A stretch of 64,000 bases of DNA. It comes from Eledone cirrhosa (taxonomy: Eukaryota). Below are positions 25,287 through 38,823 of the stretch, piece after piece. The stretch's first letter is position 1; each line of letters starts with the position of its first letter. A program made the position numbers and the translations under genes. The notes below the pieces were generated by a model. The model saw only the letters and a list, made by a program, of their open reading frames with translations. It ran no database searches and had not been told where the DNA came from. The stretch is from assembly GCA_964016885.1 (NCBI GenBank), contig OZ024743.1:110732001-110796000 (forward strand). The letters are read 5' to 3'.

Positions 25287-28223
25287 AGTGGGGGGAATGT
25301 GTATGATTATAAATATATGTATATATATATATATGCTTCTATACATGAATGACAGGGATTCAAGTGCCTCGTTGTACGTTCTGTATATAAGCATATATAT
25401 GTAAGCTTGTATGTCGTCTTCTCAAAGAAAATCATAGTTTTCTTCTGAGCTAAATGCTTGTGTAATATCCGAATTATAAATTGTTCATTCGTAAAATTGT
25501 TTCGTTGAATATGTCTTTTTTTCCATACATACCATATGTAATAAAAGTCAGAATATATTACAAAAAACAAATCAGGTCTTCTGTGTGTGTTTGTCTTATC
25601 AGTATATGGTTATCGAGAGATGGGCCTTTAATTTCGTTACAGCGAACATAATCATTGCAAGCACAATATTTCCTACCATCTAGAATTATGTTTCGGTACA
25701 ATACTCGTAGATATTTTGTTTATATATTTATTGATGTATAAATGTGTCATATGTGGGACTAAACGGTTGTGATGTTCCTCAGATTTCCAATGTTATCATA
25801 TATGTTTCTCTAAAAGAAATCGTCTGTGTTCCAACATGTTAAGAGAGGGCAACCCCAAGGTGAAATGCTCTATTATGTTAAAAAGCCACATTAAACCACC
25901 CATCATTCTTTACACCTCCAAACATACACTCATTAAGGAGTGTATGTTTTGTTAAATAGAGAAAATAATATTTATGGATCTATCCAAAATAATAGGTGAA
26001 ATTTAACTTTAGTTATATTTGAATAACCAGGGAAATTTATTATTCTTTCTATTGTGTCTAAACATCTACTTTTCCATTAAGATTAACTTAGGTGACAATT
26101 TCTACAAACGAGGCAAGTAATACACACTATGTGCGAACCATAGCTATGTCGCATCTACACAAATATATCATTCTCATCTCTTTACTTTGTCTTGTAAATC
26201 TTTGACAACGAATGTCTAGATCCATCCTTCTACATCAAATCAATTGTTGTCTATCCAATTATTGAGTTTTCCCCGGGCCATATAGTCATCCTATATATAT
26301 TTTCTATCCTTAATATGTTTTATATTACTTTCGCACGCACATCACCCCAAACACGCACACACTCATACATAAATAAATACATAATGTGTATTTGTCTGTG
26401 TTGTAAGTGAAATTGAATTCTGTCAAATTTAGTATTGTCGTTATGAATACCTCTTTGGATACGACACTAATCTACATGAGGAGAATGTTATTACACACCT
26501 AGAACACGCCCATTACAAGGATTTTCTCTAGCATAGGACAGAGAATTGTATCCACAATTGCATTATGATATATGCAGCATATATCAGAAACTTCTCTCGC
26601 CGGGGATGAGTACTAGTGCAGAGTAGAAACCTCGGTCACATCCAACAGTTCTTTGATACAGTACATATTTGTCAGGAACACCAAACTGATGAAGTAAATG
26701 AAATATATAAGAAATGATAATTCAAGTTGAATGAAACAAATAGTTTCGATATCCGAAAATTTAATTAAATAATACTCTTCCCCGTCTTTTAATAAATTTC
26801 TCTTAAATTTTGAAATTGTTCAATAAATCCATAAAAACTTTACATTTCCAAATCCTACGCAACAGTTGATACACAATATAACGATTTAAAATATTCCCTC
26901 CGCTCAAATAAGTAACGATTTCATTTGCCAATTTATTAAAAATAACCATGACTCATAATGAAATTTCGCAAATATTTTTAGCAAATATATCCATTTAAAT
27001 AGTTGTGTATCACATTCGAGAATCTATTATTTACTGCATCTATTTCATTTAGTTGTTTAAAATGTCTGGTCAATTAAGAATTCTATGTAGCTATTCCCCG
27101 TGCGCTGATTCACATGTTATCTTACATCTAAAATGTTTCCGGAAGAGAGCCTACCGTTGAGTGGCAGGCAGTCTTCGGTTAGGTGATAAGGGAAGTATCA
27201 ACAGTCTCAATATATGAATTGATTGAGACAATCAATGACTCACCATTTGAGATAATCTTTAAGGGTCTTCATAGAAAAACATGCATCAATAAAAATCCTT
27301 TGGATTTATTTCTGTGCGATATAATCGGTACATTGTGAGCATACACACTTAGGTGAGCCAATATTGATCTCTACCAATGGAATGTAATTCATGTCAAAGT
27401 ATGCAGAGTATTTGACAATGTGAGTATATCTCCAGAGAATTTACGAATTCAAACCGTTCTATGCTATTGACTCATTATGTTTCAGTACATCAATCAACCC
27501 ATGTCCCATATTTAGCAATGAGTTGGACATGCGTTATAATATATTAGACATTACCATCAAGTATTGAGTCACAATAAACATTCGAATTCACTTTCCATCA
27601 TGTAAGATTGTAAGATTGTGGTCATAAGATCGATATTCAGTTGTATGATCACTGTGTCAATATTTTAGGAAATATTATAATATATTAGGACAACAATTTA
27701 TACGAGCTAACTACAATATATTTTACACCATAATGGAATGTACACTCATAACTGTATGGGGAAATATGATAGAATTGTATGAATAACTGTACCCAGAGTT
27801 ATGACCATACATATATATATATATAAATTTAATAAATATGGTCATCATACATGCACACACAAATTACAAACATTCAATTATGTATCTGTGTATGTGTGCG
27901 TGTGTTTGTCTGCGTGCATACAGAAGTATGTTGTTTAGTGGCAAGTATGAGTGGGGAAAAATTGTAGTGATGTGAGTTCAAATTGCAGCGTTGTATAGTA
28001 TCAATGCGCAGAATATTGTATTTCATACTGCTCAATCTAGAAGACAATAAACCATGCTGAATTTCACAACGAAGAAAAAAGAGACACCGATTTAGAATGT
28101 TCAACTACTTTTAATTTCGAAATTATTTGCACACTCATCACATCTAAATATACACTATTTATCAATCTCTGTCTCCGCTTCTCACTCTTTCTCTCTCACT
28201 CTCTCTCTCCCTCTCTCTCTCGC

Positions 28224-28290
<67 letters not shown>

Positions 28291-28293
<3 letters not shown>

Positions 28294-28599
28294 CAAAGGG
28301 ATATTTAATATGTTGGTAATTCAATAAATATATATATTTATAACCGATACGAAGCACTCTACAGATTTTTTCTGGAGTATAATATCAATAATGTTAATAA
28401 ATGTATGCTATTATATATATTTCAATGGTACCAAAACTTTGGTACGTTCGCATCAGATAAAATACAAAGTTTGTTTTATAAATATTGTCATGTCCAGGAA
28501 TCAGACCTTAACGGTTCAAGTTTTAGCAGGTAAAACTTGAACCGTTAAGGTCCCATTCCTGGATATGTCAATATTTATAAAACAAACTTTGTATTTTAT
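28291..28599 (-). mobile_element. PLE-like short element next to (TA)n with terminal fold-back (28457-28599)
   Basis: Near-perfect ~69-bp inverted arms around the loop GCAGG; outer end AAGCAAAGGGATATTTAAT recurs next to (TA)n at 48827; hammerhead inside. Confidence 0.75.
28408..28460 (-). ncRNA. Minimal type I hammerhead, core variant CTGATGC
   Basis: Minus strand TTAT CTGATGC gaacGTACCAAA gt TTTGGTACcatt GAAA TATATA TA ATAG. Confidence 0.65.
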
Positions 28600-28639
28600 G
28601 GTTTTATAAATACAGTTAAATACGGGGAAATATTGTGCT

Positions 28640-28862
28640 CTCAGTCGCTTCACGCCATGAAACCGGGAAAAGAACTTGCCAATTAACTCTGTTGGAGCCC
28701 CTTGTATGGACACACTGGAAGAGGAAAACCAAGGTTAACATATGTTGATGTCCTAAGGACAAACACTGGTCTCTAGGAGATGCAGTACATGGCAGCGATA
28801 ATGAGAGACATAGTTAGGTGGAGAGAACTCGTCCATGGACCTCGGGAAGTTTACCCTCCCTA
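28640..28862 (+). mobile_element. 3' end fragment of an RTE-like LINE
   Basis: Translation EPLYGHTGRGKPRLTYVDVLRTNTGL*EMQYMAAIMRDIVRWRELV resembles the RTE C-terminal RGRP...DR..WR signature. Confidence 0.65.
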
Positions 28863-29247
28863 GACATATATATATATATTAACACACGAACAAATGCACA
28901 CGCACGCACATACAGGCGCATATATGCACACTCACCCACTTACAAACGCACACATATATTTATACACCATTTTACCATGTGATAATTCTCCCTCCCGAGG
29001 ATTCAACCATTCGTCAGTTCACGAATTTGTCTTTCATTGTGGAGGTCTCTAAACAAAACGATTAAATCGTGTTCCCAGTGCACTTTAGTTGTATTCTTGC
29101 TGCATCACACTCGGGGAACTGCATCTGCTCATGTTGTTGTTACATATTCCCCAATACCAGTGCCGATCAACTCAATTTGTTTGCTTCTCGACCCACTACA
29201 GTGGTATCATTGGCATGAGCTAACGCAGTTCTCTCGTGCCCTAGTTT

Positions 29248-29305
29248 GAGCCACTACTGTGCAAATTATTGACCCCAAGGTCAATAATTTGCACAGTAGT
29301 GGCTC
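29248..29305. repeat. Perfect 27-bp-arm hairpin with 4-nt loop
   Basis: GAGCCACTACTGTGCAAATTATTGACC ccaa GGTCAATAATTTGCACAGTAGTGGCTC. Confidence 0.97.
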
Positions 29306-29339
29306 GTTTGTCAAAATATAAAAATGAAACGGGAAGGCA

Positions 29340-30340
29340 CAAACTTGGCGAACCGAATGCCCGATGTTGAATGATTCTAAGATTAGCCATTCACTCTATC
29401 CACTGAACAGATGTTGCTGTGCATTGCAGCAATACATATTCTAACTAAAGGCCGAAGCACGTTAACTTGAGTTATACGGACAGCTACCGATCTTTGATCC
29501 GAATGAAATCTTTTGACTGATCCAAGTTGAATAGGGCCCCACACGTGCCAAGTTCTTCATCTATCCACTCCGGGATGTATCGCATAGCGTGGAAGTGGCC
29601 GAGAATGGGTCCATACAAAATGACACTAGTTTGCCCCTCTCCTACCAGACCAGCAACGCCAATCCCCAACCATGTCACTAATCCCTAATGCATTGGCCAA
29701 AATCGTAAACTCTGCGTTTAGCATAGCTATTGGCTTAAATCATCAATATATTCCCTTTTGTTTGGATCCACTCTCAGCAACGCCCCACAGCTTGGATCAC
29801 GGAACTGAATTGTTCCATCCTGTTGTGAGTTGGCGAAAACGGCAGCTAAGACGTTGGCAGATAAATATGGCATGTTTGCCTAAAGGTCATATGTCAGACC
29901 ATCCAATCCAGGAGATTTGCCTCTCGCGGAGTTAGCTATCACGTCTCTTATTTCATCGGCTCTTCGCACACACCGCCTCCATCGCGCTCACCCGTGGTTA
30001 GCCATTGAGTTAAGAACTACAATCCATCCCTGGATCTGAACCATCAGCGCTTCCGATCATGTGCGTGAAGTGACGATGAAAAATCGCACACATCTGCATG
30101 GGATTGCGTATCGTGCGCCCGTCGACATCCAAAGAATGAATTGTGATATTGCTGCCACGGCACGCCGTCTACACTCGGTTCCACCTAACTACTTTCATCC
30201 ACTCGTGTCGAAGAGCACGCTCCATAGCTCTGACAATGCACATTTCATGTTTCGCATTGAAGAATTTGTCGAGTTCCAATCTCGCAGCAAGTATGTCGAC
30301 TGCCATGACTTCTCTAATGTCCTATTCGATCTTCCTGACT
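29340..30340 (-). mobile_element. Tx1/L1-clade LINE RT fragment
   Basis: Minus KPIAMLNAEFTILANAL (~29737-29687) and GQTSVILYGPILGHFHAMRYI...GALFNLDQSKDF (ORF 29484..29678), matching RPITLLN and LDQxKAFD motifs. Confidence 0.75.
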
Positions 30341-33300
30341 AGTACTCCTTCAAGTGTAGTTTGTCTATGGCTACTCCTTTACTAAATCTTATCGATTCTA
30401 TTCTTATTGATGTTCTCAGGCGATCCACCATATATTGTTGATGATTGGCCACGTCAAATCTCGCTTACCTAATTCACTAATCTGGTCTCTTTAATCAGTG
30501 CACACCAGAAACAACGATTTCAGGTTCCAGTACCCGGGTTCCTCTCTATAATTCCTATCAAAGTTGACTGCACAGGTCGAAAACTCATGGTCTATGTAGA
30601 CGACTACTTTAATTGTGGACAACCTATACTAGATTTAGTTTTCCCTTCAGAATACCCTGTGTCGTTACCATGTGTGTGACCCTCTGCGGTTTACCATGTC
30701 CACTTTAGCACACATGCGACATCCATTCGGTACCTATCAGATAGATGGAATATTGCATGAACAATCTCTGGGTGTATTGATTCTGTGATGTGTGTGTTGA
30801 TATCATTGCCCTACTGATATCATGCTACAAGACATTATCACCTCAGGTATATAAAGCTAGTGAGGATAGGGTAGGGCAATATTTACTCTTAATGCTTTAT
30901 GGCTTATTTCATTTTCTCATTTGATGAATTTCTTTTTTAAAAGTATATAAGTGACCATATATGTAGATCTTGTATTTGATCGAGTCCTTCCGTGGAAATA
31001 TAATATTAGTACATGCAGACACTGAACATATTATTCAAAAAGGGAGGTGGCTGAGATTACAATAAGCTGTAGTTATTATAATGTCTTTGTAAGTATACAT
31101 CTAATGGACAATGTCCATATATAGGTAGTGTGAGATTGAATGGGCTGCGATTATTTTGAAAGAGTACTAAGATAATGTGATTCATAATAAATATGTGTAA
31201 GTAATTTTATGACCTTTTTGCTATGCTAACTTCTCCATTGATGATATACTGTAGATCAAAGTACGAGACAACTATGATCCGATCTACACTTATTTCAGTT
31301 CATACAGCTATTCACTATACAAATAATCGCCATGACATATACGCTAGAATTCCCACTCAACACAACATAAAATCACATTAGGTTTACTACTATCTCCCCC
31401 AATAACTTCACGATTTAAGAAATATAAAATTACTCTAGTGAGGGAAAAGCACCTCCAGTTTATGGCTTGTTTATTACATCGGTGCAACTGGTAAAGAAAA
31501 CGTCAGTTGCTGATTGGTCTAATGCAAGTTTATCGATGAAATGAAGACGTAGTGGTAACACAGTTATCTCCCTCCAGTTATGTTCAATATTCATATAAAA
31601 TTGAAATTACCAATCAACATGAATATAATAATGAAGTGATTCTATATGTGAAAACTTTCTGTTTAAAACCTGAGGCTTACGCACAAGTTATTGTATCATT
31701 TATTGGTGAATACTTACAATATTCTATAATGGATTAGATATAAAAAGAAACGAAAAAAGAGAAACGATGAATAAATGCCCAACAGCTGCAATCCGCTTGT
31801 TAATGGAGGGTGTTGTGTACATAATAGCATACAACAAATTTATCTGAAATTATCCTATACCTCCTTGTTACATATTAACTGCGAAAGAGCATTGTGTTCA
31901 CACACGATCATCAAAAGTGTACATATGTACGGGGTGAGCATCTTTATAATACGGTCAGTATATTTCTCTTAATATAATGCAAACAAAGGAAGTTTGTGAT
32001 GGAGTGAATAAGTATAAATAAAACATCGGTCTGGTATTGTGAGATACAGTAGAAAATATTGGCATCTACATTTCAATTAGGAACGACCATGTTTAATACA
32101 CACAACATATTTCTACAGAGAGATTTACGATGATTTAAAGAGATTAATGTATCTATTTGCTACAAGAAATAGAGTGCATATTAAAACTAATGTACGTGCT
32201 ATATCCACGGACATATACAGTACAGTAATAATATATTTGCAATTATTTTTATTAATTTCCTTCTAATTCGTATATGTACACACACACACGCCCACACATA
32301 TATATATATATATATTTATGGGTGTGTGTGTGTGCGTGTGTTTGTGTGCGGGTGTGACGTGTGTGTGTGTGTGACGTGCGTGTGCACGTGTGTCTATATA
32401 TGTATGCTAACATCATATTCTTCAAATAAATTGTGTTTGTGTTTTTGTATGTGCACACTCTCCTTCACACAAACATAATACACACACCAACATATGAATA
32501 CATATATTATTTATTTTTATATGCTTTCGTATTTAAATGAGTATGTTTATGTAAATACACTTTCTTGAAAGGTAAAGTGTGTGTAAGCTCAACCAATATT
32601 GATATGTTTACGTGTATGTTCCAAGCAAAATAACTTTGTACAGAAACAAATGTTTTAATACGGTAACGATTCTACAACTAACACGAAATATCATCTATCT
32701 TGAGTATCGCTGTCGAGAAAAAAACCTGCACTGTACTGTGTTAGTATTTCCCTATCATTAACTACAAGTGCCATATTTAGATGATACGGTTATACGTATT
32801 AATGTTCCGGTTGTATATTGAAGGATTTAGTTTTGTATGTAAAATATATAATTACCTGTCTTATATAAGCTTCGGATAATTGAAAATCATTACAGGATTT
32901 GTACCATTCCTACAAAGATAACTTGTCACTGCCTTCTTGTAAAACGAAGAGCATGCACATGCGCAATAAAACTTATCTAATTCGTATAATGCATGCATAA
33001 GCAGACACATCCCGGACTTTAATAACGTGTTAAAATGAAATACTATTTCTGGATATCTTAACATGAATCACATACATATATATCTGTGTATAGCCTGAGA
33101 TGTTCCATTACCTCATTCGCATGCAGAATCCATAAAATATACACCCATGGATTGCTGCTTAGTTTAATTACAGGTTTACTCTAGGACTCCCCTGTTTCTT
33201 TTTATCTCTACCATGGAGATATCGTTACAATTTATCAGCGGGATTGCAAATGAAATTACTATAAATCTAATAAGAACTACTGCTTTAATGAATCATTCTT

Positions 33301-34255
33301 GTACCACCAATGGATTATGAATACGAAGTATGTTATAGAATTAATCCCTTTCGTATTGCTGCAATGATAATCACTGAAATACTGCGCTGTTCCAGATAAA
33401 ACCCGGTGCCTAATTATTCCTCCTGATATATATATTCTTACAGTTCATTATATAATTCGCATATATATAATTATTCACAACCATGATGAAATAAATTTGA
33501 AAGAATCTATTTTAACGATAATAAAAATAATGTAACTTTATGTCTGAAAAATAGAAACTCCTCGTTTAAATACACCGGAACCGATATCGTGTTTAGAGTT
33601 TTAATCAAATATAATTTAAATTTGAATCCACATTAAGACACCAATGAATATAATTAAAAATCAAAGAAACATATAATATAAGTAGCCAGATAATATAATT
33701 ATATTTCTGAGATTGGCTTAATGCATTGGTTTAAATCGTTATTTTCTTACTATTACCCCAATGCATAATTATATGCAGCATACAATTGTGGATTAACAAC
33801 TTAGATTAATTGCCTACGAAATTGCTATTTTTGTTATACTGTACTCCTTGTATTCACATTCCTTATTCGTGTGTTAAAATGTTAAATATGGCCAACCACG
33901 AATGTACTCTATTGCCACAAATAAACACATACACGAAAGAGAGCCATGTACCAGGAACGTGAAACTGGAAGGCAGGGAGAAAGAATGATATGCAGGGATA
34001 TTTACAGTCGATACATGCTGCCGGGACCCCCCCCCCCCAGTATTGGGAATGCTCATTAACTGACAGAAAAAGAAAACGTAGAAATTCTCAGTATGGTTAA
34101 AATGGCAGAAATACCTCTTATTGGCTATGGAGCAGCAGAGAAGAGATAAACTGCAAGAAAAAAAAGAGAAAATGGCTAGTGATTTTTCTATCACGTCTAG
34201 CCCGCACTCGAGAAAATCTATGATTCAGGTTCGAAACAGCGAATGAAAGATCGTT

Positions 34256-34289
34256 ACGGTCTGATGAGATCGAAACCGCCTGGTCACGT
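34256..34289 (+). ncRNA. Ultra-compact hammerhead-like motif
   Basis: ACGGT CTGATGA GATC GAAA CC gcct GG TC ACGT; canonical core and GUC site; helix II reduced to palindromic GATC. Downstream AREAIRIK (~34390-34412) resembles a GIY-YIG C-terminus. Confidence 0.5.
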
Positions 34290-34640
34290 CTTCTCTCAAT
34301 TATAAATGCAAAGAGAAAATATGCCCAATTTTTATTCAAAGTCCCGACTGTATAGTCTCACCAACTGGTATGTAACCAAACTGCACCAGGCTCGTGAGGC
34401 TATCCGCATTAAAAGAGAGGCCTCAATGAAATGACAAATTCTCGAACAGAACGCTACAACAGGAAATGTTATCGCGAGGGAGAAATTGTCACGTGTTTTA
34501 ACGGTCGCAAAATTGAGGGAAATGCTTGATGTTTGGTGAGTAATACATCTGCAAGTAGAAACAGCCAGTACCCGCTTAATTTACTTGACTGTAAGGGAGT
34601 TGGGATAAAACAATAAGATGCACACGCACATAGATACATA

Positions 34641-34677
<37 letters not shown>

Positions 34678-36031
34678 ATGTTTACATATCGAGAGAGAGA
34701 AGGAAGGATAGGTGATATATGTAGTTATTTGCCAATAGCGAATGCAAAGGGTGCTCAATACTAGTGCCGGCAGTGTTAAATATTACAAGTGTCAATATCT
34801 AGTGTGCAAGAGAATTAGCAGAGCGTAAGCATGGGGAGATGTAAAATACAGGAGAACAAACCGTTAAAACATGTTTATTTAAGATAGCACCTACGTACCT
34901 TTCACCCGAATGGGCTTCTCAAGGGCATAAATAACTAAAAAGTGTTCCTTACATGACTCCGAATAGGTTTTTAGAGATAAATACACGTCAGAGTTCATTC
35001 TTCGTAAAAAAAATATATATATATGTGTGTGTGTGTGTGTGTATGTATGTGTGTGTGTGTGTGTGTGTGTATGTGGGTGGGTGGGATCTCCCACCTTTAC
35101 GAGCCACAGATCTGTAAAACCATATAATCTGGTCTTTAATCTGACCAGATGCCCCTCACACGATAAATCTAAATCGCCTCCACATCAAATCCATCATAGT
35201 ATAAATGCCTTAATCTAGAAAATCAACTTCTTTCGATCCACGTACGAATTTAAATCGCTAATTACCATTGCTAGCAAGATAACACATCCTGAATTCTCCA
35301 GCTTCCAGGCCTAAATAGCCAAACACCTGATAACAGAGACGTTTAGAAATATTCTCGCAAAATATAAGGCTTCTATTTCAAGCCTCCCGATGAAACAATC
35401 AAAGAAACATACATCAATTCAATAATGATAATCCTCATTCGAGAGAATGATTAAATATAATACTTCCAAATGCATACTGTCTAATTTGATCTTCATTTTG
35501 CATTCACTTAATATTACATGGATATGGTAACATTAATTTGAACTATTGAAATACTTTTGATGCCCCTGACGAATCTATGTTATTTTCATTTAATTTAATT
35601 AAAGCCTCCAATTAATAGCTTCCATGCATATAATTTGTTTTGATTATTGATTAGCAACATTCAATTTAGTTTTATTTCCAATCTAAAATTAATTATTTAT
35701 TGCTGACCATAAACTATACAAACGGGCTGAATTCAACATGAGAATCATAGTAGCGAATCCAAAACACATACACACGCAAACAAACACACATATACATATA
35801 GACACACACACACACCTACACACACACATACACATACATACACGCATACACACACATACACACATACAGACACCCAGACAGTCACACACACGCAGACATA
35901 TATAAATATATATATATATATAGATGCCTGTATTTATCTTATTCATAATAAATCATCAGATTTCGTTTGAATTAAACAGTTCTGGTCCTGTAGAGGTCAT
36001 TTCTGTATTAAACTTTATATATATATATATA

Positions 36032-38135
36032 TAACGGAGGAGTTGTGGTGAGGAACCAAATGGACCATAACGCAACAGAATACTCAATACTTAGGGTAGT
36101 AGAGTGGGTAATAAGAGAAAGTATGACCCCGAAGGCAGAGCTGAAGCCGTTTCGACGGCTATTTCTGGACTAAAGTGAGAGTTATTTTTTAGTCTGATAA
36201 ATAAATAGCCGAACTTTACAAGGGTACTTCCTTATACAGATTGTAGTTGTCAAGGGGATTGGTCAACTTTGTAGCGGACACAGAAAAGTATATCATGGCA
36301 GTGGGTTCGGTGTGGGGTGGCTGAACTTGCCTGTAGAACTATAGGGGAGTGGCTAGAGCCGGTCAAGTGTAGAAGGTGAAATATACACGGCAAATTCTAA
36401 GGAATGTGTATGAAAGTAGACCAGAGGAGGTTGGCGAAAAATTGTATATTTAAAATGTGGAGGAGGGACGTTATTATAAATCAAATGCGATTAGGGGACA
36501 AAGTAAAAAATATAATAAAAAAGGAATATAATAAAATATGAGAGAAAGATGTAACAGAAATAAGATTGGAAAGTGAGAAGTGAAATAAGGAGTCTAACAG
36601 AGTTGCTATATTTCGGCCAAAGCCACAGAATGAGTTGCTAGATGAGAAGAATTGAAACATTTAGAATTCAAAAGTAATACCACTTATCTGGGGTCTAACA
36701 CAGCTGCTAAGAATAGTTAGTATAGCGTAATCGGCGAATGCTATCTGTAAGTTACTGGGGTGGGGGTACTGAGACTAAAGAGGCCCAATGGGTTGCCTCG
36801 TGGTAGGTGAAAGGGCAACAAAACAATGAAACGAACGAGGTGGAAGTTCCGTGGTATAAAGAAGTGATAGGGGGAGACAAAGGGAAGACAAAAACACGGA
36901 GGAAAAGAAAAGCGGTACATCTACTTATATCAGTAGGGGTTTACCCTATCCTATTCGCCAAGTGGGGTGTTTCAGCCCTAGTCCACCCACCCGGATAGTT
37001 AGCGGGTTTGAGGGCGAGGTAAGTATTCCGCAATCTGTGTTTTCATGCAGTTACCAGTTCGTCTCTTTTGTTTAGGAGTTGATCCTTGGTAAACAGCATT
37101 TGTAATGTTTCTTTCGAGCATAAGTTACACGGACGGCGTCCTCCTGTGTAAGAGTTATCTCTGAACAGTAAGTTCCAAGTAAGATGCTAAGTTATATTAT
37201 CATCATGGAGGTCCCAGATATGGCCTGAAAGTGTGGTGGCGTATCACCGGACCGGGTTCCGGAACGTATGTTGGTGTTGGTAGAGCCGGGTCTTAAAGTC
37301 ACAGGCGGTTAACCCTCTACAAGCGGAGTAGCTTCCAGGAGGAAATATCCTTTTATCCAGCTTCCCTTGGCGTAAGGTGATCTTCCAGTGCAACGTGAGG
37401 ACGGACACCTCCAACAAAGATTATATAGGTTTAACCGCTTGTGAAGTTAAGACCCCGCTCTTCCAACACCGACATACGTTCCGGAACCCGGTCCGGCGTC
37501 ATGCCACCACACTTTCGAGCCATATCTAGGACCTCCATGCTAATAATATAACTTATCATCTTACTTGGAGCTTACTGTCCAGAGCTAACTCTTACACGGG
37601 AGGACGCCGTCCGTGTAACTTATGCTCGGAGGAAACATTACAAATGCTGTTTACGAAGGATCATCTCGTAAACAAAAAGACGAACTGGTAACTGCATGCA
37701 AACACAGATTGCGGAACACGTACCACGCCCTCAAACGCCCTAACGATCCGGGTTGCTAGACTAGGGCTGAAACACCCCACTTGCCGAATAGGATAGGGTA
37801 AACCCATACTGATATAGGTAGATATACCTCTTATTTTCGTCCATGTTTTCTTCTTCCCTTTATCTCACCTTATCACTTCTTTCTACCATCGAACTTCTTC
37901 CTCGTTCGTTTCTCTGCTTTTTTTCCCTTTCGCCTACCACGAGGCAGCCCATCGGGCCTCTTTAGCCTCAGTAACCCACCCCAGTAACTTACAGAAAGCA
38001 TTCGCCGATTACGCTATACTAACTATTCTTAGCAGCTGTGTTAGACCCCAGATAAGTGGTATTAATTTTTAAATCTAAATTTTTCAATTATTCTCATTTA
38101 GAAACTAATTTTGTGGCTTTGGCCGAAATATAGCA
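36032..38135. mobile_element. Penelope-like element as a large fold-back (arms ~36604-37315 and ~37428-38135)
   Basis: Plus 37375-37705: VIFQCNVRTDTSNKDYIGLTACEVK...ATTLSSHI*DL...RRPCNLCSEETLQML...VNKK, a GIY-YIG with CxxC tail; mirrored on the minus strand. The left arm continues to (TA)n at 36032. Confidence 0.92.
36124..36227 (-). ncRNA. Decayed hammerhead in PLE pseudo-LTR
   Basis: Long helix II (CGGCTATTT/AAATAGCCG), GAAA CGGC...GCCT TC GGGGT, but the core reads TTGTAAA rather than CTGANGA. Confidence 0.35.
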
Positions 38136-38244
38136 CCGTATACCTTCCTGCCAGATGATTGAACGTGTGAAAGTATATACTTTCCTTATGCATATTAACG
38201 GCTGAGCAACCTAATTTGCATATCGAGTGAGTTAATCGCACGTA

Positions 38245-38371
<127 letters not shown>

Positions 38372-38793
38372 GGTGAGTGAGTGTCAGAGAGAAAGTGTGT
38401 GTTAGAGAGAGAGCCAGAATGTGAGAGGTGCGGGGGACATTTCGAGTATAAATAAAATCAATATTGCTTTGCCGATACACCCTCCCTCTCCGCTTAAAAT
38501 GAGTGTATATCTATATGTTAGGCAATATTATGCTTTACCAATTCTAATGATGACTGTTCAGTGGACATGGAGAGGGAGTTATAATGGTCGTAGCAGTATA
38601 TGGCCAAAATAGGTTATTTCACTAAAATGATTCTATGGCCAAACGTTCTACTTCTCAAAATGTTATAAGACCGTTGATTAATCTATTTAATGATTATTGT
38701 TAATCCCTTGTGGGTTGTCAACGTAATTTGCTCCTAACTATCAAGCAAGCTTCGTTGCAAACTATGGAAGATCTTACCCGTCTATGCTGTTGT

Positions 38794-38823
38794 TTAGTGT
38801 TAGGGCTAGGGTTAGGGTTAGGG
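38794..38823 (+). repeat. Short interstitial telomere-like array (TTAGGG variants x5)
   Basis: TTAGTG TTAGGG CTAGGG TTAGGG TTAGGG; a shorter array lies at 6564-6580. Confidence 0.85.

Noticed and set aside
26686-26712. CTGATGA AGTAAAT GAAA TATATA
   Set aside because: No helix II or helix I and no UH site; likely chance in AT-rich DNA.
27120-27600. Coding-looking segment ending in a GTAAG donor on the minus strand
   Set aside because: Stops in the frames examined; no recognisable domain.
29279-29305. Resemblance to a snRNA Sm-site region (AATTTG...TAGTGG)
   Set aside because: Rest of the snRNA absent; explained as a hairpin arm.
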